Positions 46,736-64,000 of a stretch of DNA of 64,000 nucleotides are shown here, in pieces. Both the position numbers and the translations under genes were made by a program. The notes beneath the pieces are model-generated. The model saw only the letters and a program-made list of their open reading frames with translations, ran no database searches and was not told where the DNA came from. Location: IMG/VR virus record IMGVR_UViG_3300047476_002078, positions 291,875 to 355,874 of that record. One strand, 5' to 3'. Position 1 is the first letter of the stretch. Every line of letters starts with the position of its first letter.

Positions 46736-49700
46736 ATGGGTTTTTACAATAATAAAGGTGTCGAAGATTCAAAGCTTACTAGACAAATAATTGTTGAAAA
46801 AGCTAATTTAATGTTAAACTCATTGTTATCTACAATGGGTTCAACTTATGTTTCATCGAACTCCTTTTCTGTTTTTGCAGTTCAATTAAAATCACTTTGC
46901 TTTGAGGCTGCTAGAGTTATTACTAATGCCGAAGACGTTTACAATGATTTAATTTTTACAACGACTCGTCCAGAATTTTTATATCAAAATTTAGAATCTT
47001 ATTTATTTTTTAATCAAGCGTTTCCTTTTGCAAATAAAGATGACGTAGCAGTTAAAAATTTCTTGTTAGCTTTAATTAAAGCTTATTTTAATGGAGCTAC
47101 TAAGCGTTCTATTATTGCTGCCTTAGAGTTAGCCTCAGAAAATCAAGCAAGAGTAGAATTAGAAGAATTATTCCTTGGTGGAAGAGAAGCAGAAGGGATA
47201 ACGGATACAATTCCTTTGTCTCATACATTTTTAGTATCTATTTTTGTTGAAAATTCGAGCCTAGATGTAGTCCAACTTCAGTCATCTATAAATTTTTTAA
47301 CTGATTTAATTAAACCTGCTCACACCGCTTTGAATACAAGATTTGTGTTTCAAGAAGATTCTCAAGGATGGGGTGGAGCTTGTATATTTGTAATAGACCC
47401 TGTTACAAATTTGCCTTTGATTACTCCAGATGGTTTTGAAGTAACTCAAAAGACAAAAGATACTCAAATCTGTGACGTTTTCAATATAAAAATATTTAAT
47501 TACGGTTACGAAGATTTGAGGGACAATTGTTTTTCTTCTACAGAGAAAAATATTGTAAATGAGCCTGCCTTTATAGTAGATCAAAACACCTTACATACTA
47601 GATTTGGTCCACTTGGAAACGGTTCAAATGGACTTTTAGAAAGTGTAAATCAAGTAACTGTTCTAATTAACGGTTCCCCTGTTATTGTGGAATCTGTTAA
47701 TGCTTTGAAGGGTATAATAAAAACATTAGACTCTATTCCTGAAGGTGCTTCAGTTTCAGTATCTTATACATATTTAAGAAGACACTTTGAATATTTTACC
47801 CTTAACAATCCAAATACTGTTTTATCTCAATTTGACCCATATAACGATACTCTTCCGACATTCAGATATTCTTCTGTTATATGGTCGCCTACAATTGAAA
47901 TTCCGGACAAAACTCCAGTAAATTGCGACTACAGATATTCTGGCTATGATGGATTAAATTCATCTCTTCTAAACGACATTTCAACTTTAGCTTTTAATAG
48001 ATTGGGGACAGCACGGGATAAACTAAACGATTACACTGTTTTTAAATCTGACAAATATGATGAACAACCTATTTATAATTTGAACTACGGTGTTCCTATA
48101 TTTGTTTTAAAACAAGAAAAGACTTTAATTAACCCAGACGATAGTAGATCAGTTTTTAAATTAAATGACCCTTTCAGTAAACTTAATAGTTTAATTTACA
48201 ATATTGTTGGTGGAACAACGGCTCACCAAGTATCAAGTAACGGAACTCGTAAAATTTATGCTGATTTAGAAATAGAAGCTACTTGCTATGGAACTGTTAC
48301 AGATAGGTTGAAACCTATGTGTGAAGACGGGCTGGATTTATTTTTTGATTTTGCTAATAATTCTAGTCAAGAATCATATTCGGGAATCAAGCCAAGCGTT
48401 GATGAAATATTATCGACAAACAACACAGGTTTTGTACTTAATAGATTCGTTCTTTATGTTCCCAGAACTGGTTTTGATGTAAGTTATTCGAGAATAGATT
48501 TGCATGATACGCAAGTGGAAGAACCTGTAGAAAAATTCGTAGAAACTCCATCTGGTTTTCACCAAATGATAAATTGGTTGGAGCTTGATTATCAAACTAA
48601 AGTAGATAGATATTTTCACACAAATGAAAATGTTCTGAATGAAAATTCTCCAGAATCGTATTTACCTCCATTTCCGAAATTTGAGGTAGAGGACGAATAC
48701 CGACTTGATTACACATTAAATGATTTTGATGATTTTTTCGTTGCTAGATTTTGTTTAAATGACAAAAGATCAAATTTGAATTCTACAAACGGTCATAGCA
48801 TTATAAGAAGCCGCCCCGGAACAACATGTGATTCATACATATCAGATTACTTAGCTTATTTTGAATACATTAGAGATTTTGAACAAACTTTATTTGAAGT
48901 TTTTGACCCTCCTGAAGAAAGCCTCGTTCAGTTAGGTTATGGTCTTTTTGCATTAGAAGAACCTGTAAGTGCTTTCAATGATATTTTATCTTTTAATATT
49001 AATATTCTGGATAATAAAGAACTTTTTCCTGTAAGTGGCGTACTAGATCAACTTAATGTAGGTCTTAATGATTTAGATAATTATAACACTACTGGAAATA
49101 TAACTGACACAACAAGCACGGCTATTTCGGGAAGATTTGCAGACGGTTTTATACACGGGCATGTGGTATTATTCCCTTACTTCCTAGCAAGTTTCGCACC
49201 TATTTACGATATGATCGCCCCATCTGGATACAGTATCGCAATGGGTCAGAGCGGAGGATTCAATGAAAATGTACCACAGCCTGACGAAGACTACGTAAAA
49301 GAAGATTTGATAACAACAATTGTAAATTTTGAAGACGGGTTTATTCGAGGGGATGTAGTTCTTTATCCTTACTTCCTAGCAAGTTTCGCACCGATTTTTG
49401 CCATGATTGCCCCTTCTGGTTACGGAATAAACATGGGTCAAGGTGGAGGATTATCAGAAGTATTCCCTCCAATCCAAGATTTATATTTAAACAATTTAAA
49501 CCCTGTATTCTTAGAGAAAATACCTAAAATAATTGAAGACTTAAAACAAATGAAAATGGGCGATGGGGAAATTACAACAACTTATAATACTTCGGACGCT
49601 GAACTGAATACTTTAGACTACTTAGCCACTAAATTTGATTTAACTAATTCTGGATACAATTTTGCTGAAATATCAGAAAAGTTAAGAGAATTTGATGAAA

Positions 49701-49771
49701 ATGGAAATGATTTCGATGAGTGGTTTGAGCCGAGCGGAAATTTAAGTGATAATTTTTCGCTCATTAGTTAA
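46736..49771 (+). CDS. baseplate/tail protein I-like (gp7/gp48-like), enlarged
   Basis: RPEFLYQNL...YFNGATKRSI...LIKPAHT motif characteristic of GpI-like proteins following J. Confidence 0.7.
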   Translation: MGFYNNKGVEDSKLTRQIIVEKANLMLNSLLSTMGSTYVSSNSFSVFAVQLKSLCFEAARVITNAEDVYNDLIFTTTRPEFLYQNLESYLFFNQAFPFANKDDVAVKNFLLALIKAYFNGATKRSIIAALELASENQARVELEELFLGGREAEGITDTIPLSHTFLVSIFVENSSLDVVQLQSSINFLTDLIKPAHTALNTRFVFQEDSQGWGGACIFVIDPVTNLPLITPDGFEVTQKTKDTQICDVFNIKIFNYGYEDLRDNCFSSTEKNIVNEPAFIVDQNTLHTRFGPLGNGSNGLLESVNQVTVLINGSPVIVESVNALKGIIKTLDSIPEGASVSVSYTYLRRHFEYFTLNNPNTVLSQFDPYNDTLPTFRYSSVIWSPTIEIPDKTPVNCDYRYSGYDGLNSSLLNDISTLAFNRLGTARDKLNDYTVFKSDKYDEQPIYNLNYGVPIFVLKQEKTLINPDDSRSVFKLNDPFSKLNSLIYNIVGGTTAHQVSSNGTRKIYADLEIEATCYGTVTDRLKPMCEDGLDLFFDFANNSSQESYSGIKPSVDEILSTNNTGFVLNRFVLYVPRTGFDVSYSRIDLHDTQVEEPVEKFVETPSGFHQMINWLELDYQTKVDRYFHTNENVLNENSPESYLPPFPKFEVEDEYRLDYTLNDFDDFFVARFCLNDKRSNLNSTNGHSIIRSRPGTTCDSYISDYLAYFEYIRDFEQTLFEVFDPPEESLVQLGYGLFALEEPVSAFNDILSFNINILDNKELFPVSGVLDQLNVGLNDLDNYNTTGNITDTTSTAISGRFADGFIHGHVVLFPYFLASFAPIYDMIAPSGYSIAMGQSGGFNENVPQPDEDYVKEDLITTIVNFEDGFIRGDVVLYPYFLASFAPIFAMIAPSGYGINMGQGGGLSEVFPPIQDLYLNNLNPVFLEKIPKIIEDLKQMKMGDGEITTTYNTSDAELNTLDYLATKFDLTNSGYNFAEISEKLREFDENGNDFDEWFEPSGNLSDNFSLIS
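49136..49459 (+). repeat. internal duplication, two copies at 192-bp spacing (about 44 aa)
   Basis: F.DGFI.G.VVL.PYFLASFAPI..MIAPSGY.I.MGQ.GG twice; identical 26-nt core CCTTACTTCCTAGCAAGTTTCGCACC. Confidence 0.9.
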
Positions 49772-49808
49772 TACTTTAATATAATTACCTAAATGGGAGA
49801 GTTTTAAT

Positions 49809-50387
49809 ATGAAACCTATGGAACAAAAATTTAATTTACCGACTGAATCTAGTCAAACAGGATTTGGAATGAAAGAAGTAGAAAAAGCCAGATTTGGTCT
49901 TGAAGGTCACTTATTTGCGACTTTAAATTACAATGATGGGCGAGTTGAGCAAAGAGACTTAGGAAAAAATATCATTACAAACGCTGCTTCTGTTCTGTTA
50001 GCTCGTTTGATGAAAGACAACACTGAACCAGCACACGGAGCTTTTGCTCTTGCAGTTGGATTAGGTGGAGGCGGTTGGGACGTATTAAATCCACCTCCTG
50101 CAACAGCCGCTCAAACTCAGCTTAACAATGAATTGACTAGAAAAACTTTCCAAAGTGTAAATTTCATTAGTGGTTTAAATGTTTCAGCTACTCCTACCAA
50201 TGTTATTGATCTTACTACCTTCTTCAACGAGTCTGAAGCTGTAGGTTCTCTTCTTGAGATGGGTCTAGTTGGAGGAGATGCGACACTTACTCCTAATACA
50301 GGAACTTTGATTAACTACCGAACATTCCCTGTAATCAATAAGCCAAACACGGCAACACTCACAATTACTTGGCGATTAACTTTCTAA
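49809..50387 (+). CDS. tail-fibre attachment / collar-type protein (DUF3751-like)
   Basis: NIITNAASVLLARL...AVGLG...TQLNNEL.RK...EMGLVGG...INYRTFPVINK...ITWRLTF; follows the J- and I-like genes; high-expression codon bias. Confidence 0.7.
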   Translation: MKPMEQKFNLPTESSQTGFGMKEVEKARFGLEGHLFATLNYNDGRVEQRDLGKNIITNAASVLLARLMKDNTEPAHGAFALAVGLGGGGWDVLNPPPATAAQTQLNNELTRKTFQSVNFISGLNVSATPTNVIDLTTFFNESEAVGSLLEMGLVGGDATLTPNTGTLINYRTFPVINKPNTATLTITWRLTF

Positions 50388-50395
50388 TTTAAAAC

Positions 50396-50426
50396 AGTAC
50401 GCATCGAAATATCTTTGATGCGTACT
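50396..50426 (+). terminator. stem-loop after the fibre-attachment gene
   Basis: AGTACGCATC(GAA)-ATATC-(TTT)GATGCGTACT followed by TTAT. Confidence 0.65.
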
Positions 50427-50437
50427 TTATAAACATT

Positions 50438-51031
50438 ATGCAAAATTTAAAAGAACAAATCATTCACCTTCAACACAAGTTAGCCAGCATATCTCGTGGG
50501 GAGAGTGTTGAAGTAGGCTCAATAAGAATTCACCGTTATGATAGAGACGTTGCTGTTTGGGATTTAACAAACGCAGGCAAACGTGGAAAGATGGTAGATA
50601 GCTTCGTGCTTTATGATCTAAACAGATCAAATAATGAATTAGATTTGATGGAAGAATTAGAAAAAGCTAACTCTTTTGAGTCTGCGTTAAAAATTGCAAA
50701 AAAATACTTAGAGAAAGATGACAACATTAAGCTTTATGAAAGAAAGCATAAAGGTATTGAAATTTCACCGGCAGGTTTCAAACCAATCTCTATTCAAGGT
50801 AAAGATGTTTTTATTCAAGCTGATTACGACTCTTTCAGAGTGAGAGATCGTTCTGATATAAATGAAGAAACTTGTATTCCTGCCATTAAGGGTGGAAAAG
50901 CTGACATTAAAGTTTTTTATCGCTGGGTTAAAGACAATCAAGCAAAAATAAAAAATATGAACTTTAATGAAATTGTATCTGCAATGAGAGACGAAGGGAT
51001 TAAATATCACCGTTATTGTGCATTGGATTAA
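50438..51031 (+). CDS. hypothetical protein with N-terminal helical leader
   Basis: MQNLKEQIIHLQHKLAS leader; 197 aa. Confidence 0.7.
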   Translation: MQNLKEQIIHLQHKLASISRGESVEVGSIRIHRYDRDVAVWDLTNAGKRGKMVDSFVLYDLNRSNNELDLMEELEKANSFESALKIAKKYLEKDDNIKLYERKHKGIEISPAGFKPISIQGKDVFIQADYDSFRVRDRSDINEETCIPAIKGGKADIKVFYRWVKDNQAKIKNMNFNEIVSAMRDEGIKYHRYCALD

Positions 51032-51034
51032 ATT

Positions 51035-51421
51035 ATGAAAAAGATCAAAGAAAAAATAGCAGAGTTAGAGAAAAAATTAGCCATTTCTTATGAAGAATAT
51101 AAGAAAGAGCACCCTAAGACAAAGAAGACAAAAAGCGACCCTATGTTCCAAGGTCATAATAAAAAAATGACTCTTAACGATGATTCAAATGTTTATAGTC
51201 TAAAAAAGTGGTTTTCTAAGGGCTTCAATGAAGGCTTTGGAGATGGTAAATTTCACTTCATGGGCGAGCCTAAAAAGAATCCTTCAGATGGTTCTTTAGA
51301 AGTTGCTATTGATTTGGGTGGCTCCAGTAAGATTAAAGCTTTAAATTCTTTAAAAAAAGAAGTCGGAAATAATTACGAAGTTTCCTATGACAACCAAAAA
51401 ATTAAAATTACCAAAAAGTGA
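51035..51421 (+). CDS. hypothetical protein with N-terminal helical leader
   Basis: MKKIKEKIAELEKKLAIS leader; basic segment YKKEHPKTKKTKSDPMF. Confidence 0.7.
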   Translation: MKKIKEKIAELEKKLAISYEEYKKEHPKTKKTKSDPMFQGHNKKMTLNDDSNVYSLKKWFSKGFNEGFGDGKFHFMGEPKKNPSDGSLEVAIDLGGSSKIKALNSLKKEVGNNYEVSYDNQKIKITKK

Positions 51422-51582
51422 TTATTTGGATTCTTTACTTCGTTATTGAGAATAATAATACCATAGATTACCCATATCATTTTGCTTTCAGAGAAACTTG
51501 CGAAAAATTCGGCAAAGATAATAAAAAAATTTTTAAAGCTGCAAAATATAGATGTGTTAAAGAGATCATTGAATCTCAGTAA
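51418..51582 (+). CDS. possible small protein (54 aa) with hydrophobic N-terminus, not in the ORF track
   Basis: GTG overlapping the previous TGA; VIIWILYFVIE...ETCEKF...YRCVKEIIESQ; fills an otherwise unexplained gap. Confidence 0.4.
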   Translation: MIIWILYFVIENNNTIDYPYHFAFRETCEKFGKDNKKIFKAAKYRCVKEIIESQ

Positions 51583-53902
51583 ACACGCCTTCTTGGAACA
51601 TTCTATGCCATTGTAAAGCGACAGCTTTCCACGTAAATCTCTTCATTCTTTCTTTAGCCATATCGCCCCAATCTCTATTTTTCTTTTTATTAACAAGCAT
51701 ATCAACGCACTCATTGATAAATCTTTCTCTGTATTCTTTCGAGTAAGCGTCACCTTCCAAAAGCAATCCGCCGTCTTTTACGGTAGAAATAATTCCTGCG
51801 TGTTTAGAGGCGATAATAGGATTACCGCTCCATCCTGCTTCAGTAGCGGTTATACAAAAAGTTTCATGGAATTTTGTAGGGTAAAACCACCCACTACTTT
51901 GAAGTTGAATTTCAGCAAGTTTTTTTTGATCTACTCTTCCTACATATTCGACATAAGGTTTTTGTAGCTGTTTTTTTAAATTTTCCATCGCTTCAACTTC
52001 AGAAGGGTTATTTCTGAACCTGACAGCTTTTTCCCAATTATTAAATCCGTAGGCTACAACGACTTTAAAATTTGGAACATACTCTTTAATGAAATCAGCA
52101 CAATAAAGAAGAGTATCCAATCCTCTATCAGGACTAGAGGAATAAAATATCTGAGATGGATTACGCTCAATATCTTTTTGATAGCGTGTTTCATCTATAC
52201 CGTTAGCCGTTATGTATATTTTTTCAAGAGGTATGCTATGGTGATAGTTTAAATAATTTTTATGCCATTCTGACAGGCACAAGTAATTTGTAACGTCGTT
52301 TACAAATACATTGTGGTTTCTATCAGGATTAATAAATACATCATGAACCCAAACGTATTTCTTATAAGCGTGAATTAAATTGTGAAAAGGTGCAACAGTT
52401 CTTGATGATATTAAGAAATCAATGAAGGTAGTTTTAGCAAAATTTTCCCACTTGCTCCAATGGATATATTCTACGTCGTCTCCGCTAGAATCCATGTGTT
52501 CTGTTTTTGGGTCTGCAAAAAGTTTAACTTGGTATCCAAACTTAGAAAGTTCTCTAGCCATCCAAATAGCCGCTGTTTCAGAGCCTCCTATTCCACCTTC
52601 AATTAAATTAGTTTCATCCCATTTCTCCCATCCTGCTCCAAGGTAAAAAGCTAAAACAGACTTACCTAACTTCTTTTTTAATCTTGTGTTGTTAAAAACA
52701 TCCTCTTCATGATGCCTGTTGTAATTTTCATTTTCATTAACTTTTCGAGTTTTTCCACCAAAATGAAATACAAAAGATTGGTGAATTGTATAAAAAGACC
52801 AACCTGCTTTTTTAGCTCGGTAGCAATAATCGAAGTCTTCTCCCCCATTTACATATTCTGGGTCTAGGATTCCGATTTTGCTAACAAGTTTACGGTTAAA
52901 CATTGTGCAATAAAAAGCTAACTTTTCTCGTTGTACCCTTTCATCTTTTTTAAAGTTGTTTTGAGAAAAATAAAAGTCATCAATATCAAAGTCATCAACC
53001 GAATGTATTCCGGGTTCAAGACTTAAACCTTTATTGGTAATAAGGTTATGATTATGTAGCCAATACTTGTCACAGTTAGATAAAGGTCCAACCATTGCAT
53101 TAGGGTTATCTTTTAAAAAAGAAACTAAAGGTTCATCCCAATTTTTAGTAAAAAGCAAATCATTGTTTCCGATTAAAATTAAGCTATTGCTTGAATTTTC
53201 GATTCCCCAATTGACCTGTTTGCTAAAGCAAGTTCTTTCATTAAATTTTTTGAAGCTGTATCTCATACCTGAAGAGGCTAGGTAATTTGAAATTTCGGAA
53301 ATATCTTCTGTGCTAGAATCTACAACGTGAACGACAAAACTGTTTTTGGTATTTTCTTTTAAAGACTCTAAAGTTTTTAAAAGATATTTTTTGTTGTTGT
53401 AATTTGGAATAATAATATCAATAGTGTTTTCTACTTCTTTAAAACATTCATACATTTTTTCAGACAAAAAAGATGGAGAGAATTTATGTTTTACAGTTTC
53501 AAAAGCTTTTTCACCAATCGAATTTCTTAAATCTGGGTTGTCTCGTAAAAGTGTTAGATATTTAAACCAATCTTCCATTTTATCAGCAATAAAACCATTC
53601 TCTCCGTTTATAACAATTTCTTTGTAACTTTGTAGAGGGGAGGCTATAACAGGCTTTTTCAAGTACATATATTGAGAAAGTTTGTTGTTTCCTTTGTATG
53701 GGAATTTATAATGGTCGATAGGGCAAATGAGAATATCAAATTTGGCAAGCTCTTGGAGATAGGTATCTTTATTCCAAGGAATGTCTGCTTCATCCCATTC
53801 AGTAATTATGAACAATCTCATCCCTAATGATTCAATTAAAGGTCTTAATTGTTTAGCAGCGTAAATTCCGCCACCCATTGCACAATATCCTACTGTTACC
53901 AT
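51566..53902 (-). CDS. multi-domain glycosyltransferase (GT-B C-lobe + GT2 + GT4-like GT-B)
   Basis: Start likely ATG 53902 (GAAGGA RBS). KPVIASP..Y.EIVINGENGF; IDIIIPNYN, IGNNDLL, GEDFDYC; SSPDRGLD, HETFCITATEA. Confidence 0.85.
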   Translation of the reverse strand: MVTVGYCAMGGGIYAAKQLRPLIESLGMRLFIITEWDEADIPWNKDTYLQELAKFDILICPIDHYKFPYKGNNKLSQYMYLKKPVIASPLQSYKEIVINGENGFIADKMEDWFKYLTLLRDNPDLRNSIGEKAFETVKHKFSPSFLSEKMYECFKEVENTIDIIIPNYNNKKYLLKTLESLKENTKNSFVVHVVDSSTEDISEISNYLASSGMRYSFKKFNERTCFSKQVNWGIENSSNSLILIGNNDLLFTKNWDEPLVSFLKDNPNAMVGPLSNCDKYWLHNHNLITNKGLSLEPGIHSVDDFDIDDFYFSQNNFKKDERVQREKLAFYCTMFNRKLVSKIGILDPEYVNGGEDFDYCYRAKKAGWSFYTIHQSFVFHFGGKTRKVNENENYNRHHEEDVFNNTRLKKKLGKSVLAFYLGAGWEKWDETNLIEGGIGGSETAAIWMARELSKFGYQVKLFADPKTEHMDSSGDDVEYIHWSKWENFAKTTFIDFLISSRTVAPFHNLIHAYKKYVWVHDVFINPDRNHNVFVNDVTNYLCLSEWHKNYLNYHHSIPLEKIYITANGIDETRYQKDIERNPSQIFYSSSPDRGLDTLLYCADFIKEYVPNFKVVVAYGFNNWEKAVRFRNNPSEVEAMENLKKQLQKPYVEYVGRVDQKKLAEIQLQSSGWFYPTKFHETFCITATEAGWSGNPIIASKHAGIISTVKDGGLLLEGDAYSKEYRERFINECVDMLVNKKKNRDWGDMAKERMKRFTWKAVALQWHRMFQEGVFTEIQ

Positions 53903-53903
53903 T

Positions 53904-55382
53904 TTAATTTCCTTCAAAACTATCTGATAGATGAATAGAGTTCAGATTATAATTTTTAGCCACGTTTTGCAATTTTGAACTTGAACAAAAAACTAAATTA
54001 TATTCTTTCAATGATTTTAGAAAATTTTCGTCAAAAATGCCTTCAGCCATATCAATAGCGATTATTTTTCCGTTTGACTTTAACTTTCTCAGTTCTTGGT
54101 TTGAAAACGGGGAGTGTGAAAAAACATAATCAAAATAGTCAAGCTTATCAAAATTTGTAACAATTTCAGAATCGAACCCATTTTTCTTTAATGCTTTTTG
54201 AATGTTAATTTTTCTAAGTCTAATGTTCGGATTGTTTTCATCATAGGCGAAGGGTATATATACAGCCACTTTTTTAGGTTTTTTAGTCGGAGGGTATAAG
54301 TTATTTTGTATAACTTCTTTGTTAAAGAGTGCGTTTTTGTCTGAAGGTCTAAATTTTAAAGCTTCTTCTATATGCTCAAGGGCTTTTTTCCAATCTTTTA
54401 ACATCGAGTAAACATAACTTAGTTGAAAATGTGGAGTGAATGTATGATAAGTCATATTAAAAAAGCCTAAACTATCTGTTGGATAGGGCATAATCAAAGC
54501 GGTACTATACCAAAATTTAGCTAAATCCCATCTTTGTTTATTAATGTAGATTAAACCCAAAAAACAAAATAAATCCGCACGTCTTTGATCTAACTTCAAA
54601 GCATCAAAGCAATAATGTGCAGCTTTGTCGTAATCTTTTTTGTTAAATTCTATTTCTGCTAATTTATATGTAGCAAAATAAGCGTCTTCATAATAATCCC
54701 AATGGTCTAGGTAATATTTTAACCATTTTGTCGCCTCGTCCCATTTTCCGTGATCTGCTAATTCTTTTCCGTAATAGAACTCATATCTTGAACATCTTGT
54801 AGTTGGATTTTCGCAACATTCTTTTAAAATCTTTAAATTTCTACCTTCCGCTCTAACTATTTGCTTTTGAGTTTTGTAATGATGCACTTCAAAGTCAATA
54901 TTTTCTATTTTTTTGAATCCTGAAAGTGGAACACATTCATGAATTCTATACATCCAAACAGGGTTCGCTGATCTCTTAAAAATTCTCTCTCTGGATAAAG
55001 ATACCGTAACATTATCGAAATCATCATGAGCATACTGATATTTAGCGATGTAGCAATCAGGTAATTCGTTAATACTTTTCTCTTTTATAGAATTTAATAT
55101 TTTTAAATCTTTTGATTTAATAACATCGTCTGCGTCTAACCATAGTATTAAATCTTTGGTAGCATGTCTGAACGAAAAATTTCTAGCGGCAGAAAAGTCA
55201 TCAATCCAGTTAAAGTGAACTATTTTTACTTTAGGATACCTACTCACAATTTCTAATGTTTTGTCAGTAGAGCCTGTATCTGCAATAATGATTTCATCAC
55301 ATAAACTTTCAATAGAATTTAAACAACGCTCGATAACTTCTTCTTCATTTTTTACAATCATGCAAAGTGTTAGCGTTGTCAT
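53904..55382 (-). CDS. GT2 glycosyltransferase with TPR repeats and a C-terminal GT-B N-lobe
   Basis: LTLCMIVKNEE..IERCL.S, DTGSTD, DFSAARNF, WLDADD, YRIHE; TPR helices; C-terminal VFCSSSKL...LSDSFE. Confidence 0.88.
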   Translation of the reverse strand: MTTLTLCMIVKNEEEVIERCLNSIESLCDEIIIADTGSTDKTLEIVSRYPKVKIVHFNWIDDFSAARNFSFRHATKDLILWLDADDVIKSKDLKILNSIKEKSINELPDCYIAKYQYAHDDFDNVTVSLSRERIFKRSANPVWMYRIHECVPLSGFKKIENIDFEVHHYKTQKQIVRAEGRNLKILKECCENPTTRCSRYEFYYGKELADHGKWDEATKWLKYYLDHWDYYEDAYFATYKLAEIEFNKKDYDKAAHYCFDALKLDQRRADLFCFLGLIYINKQRWDLAKFWYSTALIMPYPTDSLGFFNMTYHTFTPHFQLSYVYSMLKDWKKALEHIEEALKFRPSDKNALFNKEVIQNNLYPPTKKPKKVAVYIPFAYDENNPNIRLRKINIQKALKKNGFDSEIVTNFDKLDYFDYVFSHSPFSNQELRKLKSNGKIIAIDMAEGIFDENFLKSLKEYNLVFCSSSKLQNVAKNYNLNSIHLSDSFEGN

Positions 55383-55463
55383 AAGGGTAATCCTTTTATA
55401 TTATTTTTAAAGAGTGATGTTGAATTTTTGATTTGTTTTTTAAAAAACATTGTGATTAAATTT

Positions 55464-55493
55464 TCGACAATTACCGTAAAATGTCAATATAAT
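55464..55493 (+). promoter_or_regulatory. possible sigma70-type promoter for the collagen gene, overlapping a minus-strand TTGACA
   Basis: TCGACA-N18-TATAAT on plus; TTGACA on minus at 55487-55482; lies in the 174-bp divergent intergenic region. Confidence 0.45.
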
Positions 55494-55556
55494 TAAAAGA
55501 TGGATATTTAATACATAAAATATAACCTTTAAACCTGAATTGATTAGGAAGAATAA

Positions 55557-64000
<8,444 letters not shown>

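Noticed and set aside
49136-49459. Repeat pair as a DGR template/variable region
   Set aside because: Differences between copies are not confined to adenines, both copies are in frame within one gene, and no reverse transcriptase is seen in the window.
28549-50387. Extracellular contractile injection system or tailocin in a bacterial chromosome
   Set aside because: A capsid, protease, scaffold and head-tail genes are present and no housekeeping genes are seen, so it is a phage genome.

Overview
A 64-kb, AT-rich slice of a large contractile-tailed (myovirus-type, probably jumbo) bacteriophage genome, read in the standard code with Shine-Dalgarno signals. It is mostly the virion morphogenesis region on the + strand. 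In order: end of a large beta-propeller/beta-helix virion protein; small head-region proteins; prohead protease with a PEQAQ x15 tract; acidic scaffold; two decoration proteins; HK97-fold major capsid protein; neck proteins; tail terminator; sheath; three paralogous tail proteins; baseplate wedge (gp25-, J- and I-like); tail-fibre attachment protein. Three antisense blocks interrupt it: (i) a LAGLIDADG / Mom-like / Cys-repeat / Hef-like cassette after the capsid gene, (ii) an Sm-like / DEDDh exonuclease / double-GT2 operon, and (iii) two multi-domain glycosyltransferases. The supplied ORF track misses the largest gene. A single frame open from 55557 past the window end encodes a Pro-poor, Thr-rich collagen-like protein of at least 2814 aa with embedded tail-fibre-like and C1q/BclA-C-like domains, transcribed divergently from the glycosyltransferases. 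The ORFs listed at 55.5-64 kb are shadows of it. Best candidates for undescribed biology: (1) a phage collagen-fibre glycosylation module resembling the spore BclA/SgtA arrangement; (2) an actin-family ATPase with a coiled-coil partner inside the tail operon; (3) a recurring K-(I/L)-A-(N/S)-x-I / K-x-A leader on many small proteins that may be a capsid-targeting and protease-cleavage signal. Portal, terminase, tail tube, tape measure, tRNA, rRNA and CRISPR were not recognised in this window. All family assignments are by eye from motifs; no searches were run.
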